Assembly: GCA_003971905.1 (NCBI GenBank)
Contig: RSEE01000028.1
Coordinates: 1 to 64,000, forward strand
DNA length: 64,000 bases
Reading direction: 5' to 3'
Source of the DNA: Moniliella sp. 'wahieum'
Taxonomy: Eukaryota
Each line of letters begins with the position of its first letter. Positions within the stretch are counted from its first letter, which is position 1. The notes beneath the pieces were generated by a model. The model was not told where the DNA came from. It searched no databases and saw only the letters and a list, made by a program, of their open reading frames with translations. The position numbers and the translations under genes were made by a program. Shown in pieces: positions 62,489 to 64,000 of the stretch.

Positions 62489-64000
62489 TTACAAGCCGCA
62501 CGTGTGCGCATGGGCCAGCGCAGCAACCAGCTGGGCCAGCTGCTGCTGCTGCGTCTGCCTCCGCCTCCACGCCCACGTCGCCCAGCGCGCCCAGCGCCGC
62601 CGCGCACGCCGCGTCGTCCAGCCCGTCCGGCGCAACACCACCCGCCGCCGCCGCCACCACCTCGCTCCACAGCGCGCCGCCAGGTCCACATCGGCCCCGA
62701 ACGCCATCGCACAAGGCGAGGGCCACCGTTGCGTCCTGGTACCCCCAGCGCGCGGGCTGGGCCCATGCCGGCCGCCGGCTTCCCAGCCGCGCACGCAGCC
62801 GCGCATCCAGAATGCTCTGCGCCAAGAGCAAGTTGGATGCCAGCCGTACCTCGCCCCCAGTCGCCGCGGCGTGGCTCACCATCTGGTACACGCCCGCTGC
62901 GCCGCGCGCCGTTTCGCGCTGCTCGTGCGCCGGCCCAGGCCCAGCCTCGGGCGAGGCCGGGGCGAGCAGACCCAAAAGCCACGCTCTGGCCCCCGGATTG
63001 GTACATGAGATGGGCACGTAGCGTGCTTGGCTTTCTGGACGCAGCGGGCGGAAGCGGGCCAAGGAGACAGTGGTCGCTACTCCGCCTGTTGTTTCTTCGC
63101 TGGCGCTGGCGTCCGGCGTGGGGCGGAGGATGGTGGCTTGCGGGCCAATGGCCCACTCGACCTGCACCGTCCGTTTCAACTGAAGCAGCGTGGGATCCAG
63201 CTTTAGGGTCCTCATCAAAGGGTGTTGAGGCCGCGTCTCGGTCGTCGCGCCCGGCACTACGATTCGTGCAGGCCAAAAGCGGGAGGTGGCAGAGTGAAGC
63301 GTGTAAGCTGCCTCGGCCGGAGGCAGGAGAGCGGGGCTGACCAGCTGCGACGGACCGGAGGTGCACCGCTTGGGGTCCCAGTGCGCCGCGTCGTGCCCCC
63401 ACGCGCACGAGGGGGGGTTGTTGCAGGCTGATCCGTCTCCATGGCCGCTGCCCTCGTTGCTTCTGGCGGATCTGCACATAGGGCAATCGTTTCTGAATGG
63501 CCCGTGTCGACATTGCGTGCGACAGCAAGACGCGAATCGAGTGCCAACACCCATAGGTGACGGAACGCCTGCAGATGAGCCCGATTGTCTGTCCGGGAGG
63601 CCGGGAACTGGGGCCAAAGGGAAATGACCAGACTCGCGATCGCCTGGTCGGTGCGAGCCAGGGTGAATCGGCCTCCGCCGAGGAACAAAAGTCCCAAAGC
63701 CATGTGGGTGGCCATTTGGTTGCCATAGGTCAAGTTGAGGCTATGATGTCGCTCGCGGAGGAAGCGCATTAGATCCACGTCGCCTGTGCCAGCCAACACC
63801 AAAGCAAGTGCCAATCCCACCACGTCCAATGCGGCTTGGAGCAAATTATAGCGGATCTTGGAAAAGTAGCCGTCGAGTTGATGGGCCGCTGCTCTACGAA
63901 GCTGCTCCAATTCCTTGCTCAACACGGCCGGCGCTTGGGACAAGTGCCCTGTTCCAGCAAACTTGAGACCCATCGCAAACGCCGCACCCATCCGCATGTT
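62489..64000 (-). CDS. APC1: Anaphase-promoting complex subunit 1, 3' part (5' end lies beyond the window)
   Basis: GAAFAMGLKFAGTG; LALVLAGTGDVDLMRFLR..YGNQMATHMALGLLFLGGGRFTL..AIASLVISLWPQFP..DNRAHLQAFRHLWVLA. The stop position is approximate. Confidence 0.93.

Overview
This window is the left end of a GC-rich fungal chromosome, probably a basidiomycete yeast (short GT-AG introns with CTAAC/CTGAC branch sites, low intron density, TTAGGG telomere). It starts with CCCTAA repeats, followed by about 3 kb of degenerate subtelomeric DNA that includes a Pif1/Helitron-helicase relic. A dense run of housekeeping genes follows: a pyruvate decarboxylase-family gene, RPS24, VMA21, WDR5/SWD3, ALG10, a Mis14/Nsl1-like kinetochore protein, NADP-IDH, a flavin amine oxidase, two Zn2Cys6 transcription factors, an Shr3-like chaperone, histone H1, AOS1, an RTA1-like protein, a Pal1-like protein, Rab5/Vps21, an AAA ATPase, ATG1, AP-1 sigma, an intron-containing elongator tRNA-Met, several hypothetical genes and the 3' part of APC1. 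A nest of transposon relics sits at about 21.8-24.6 kb (chromovirus integrase plus chromodomain with a 3' LTR, and a probable LINE fragment). Almost every gene carries small frameshifts, often in short homopolymers, most likely uncorrected long-read errors, so gene ends are approximate. I found no clearly new multi-gene system. The best leads are a possibly structured long intron in histone H1, a recurrent GTCAC/GTGAC upstream motif, a protein with an apparently split MIT-like domain, a small TATA-driven orphan gene, and possible multi-compartment targeting of IDH. All family calls come from motif recognition by eye, not database searches.
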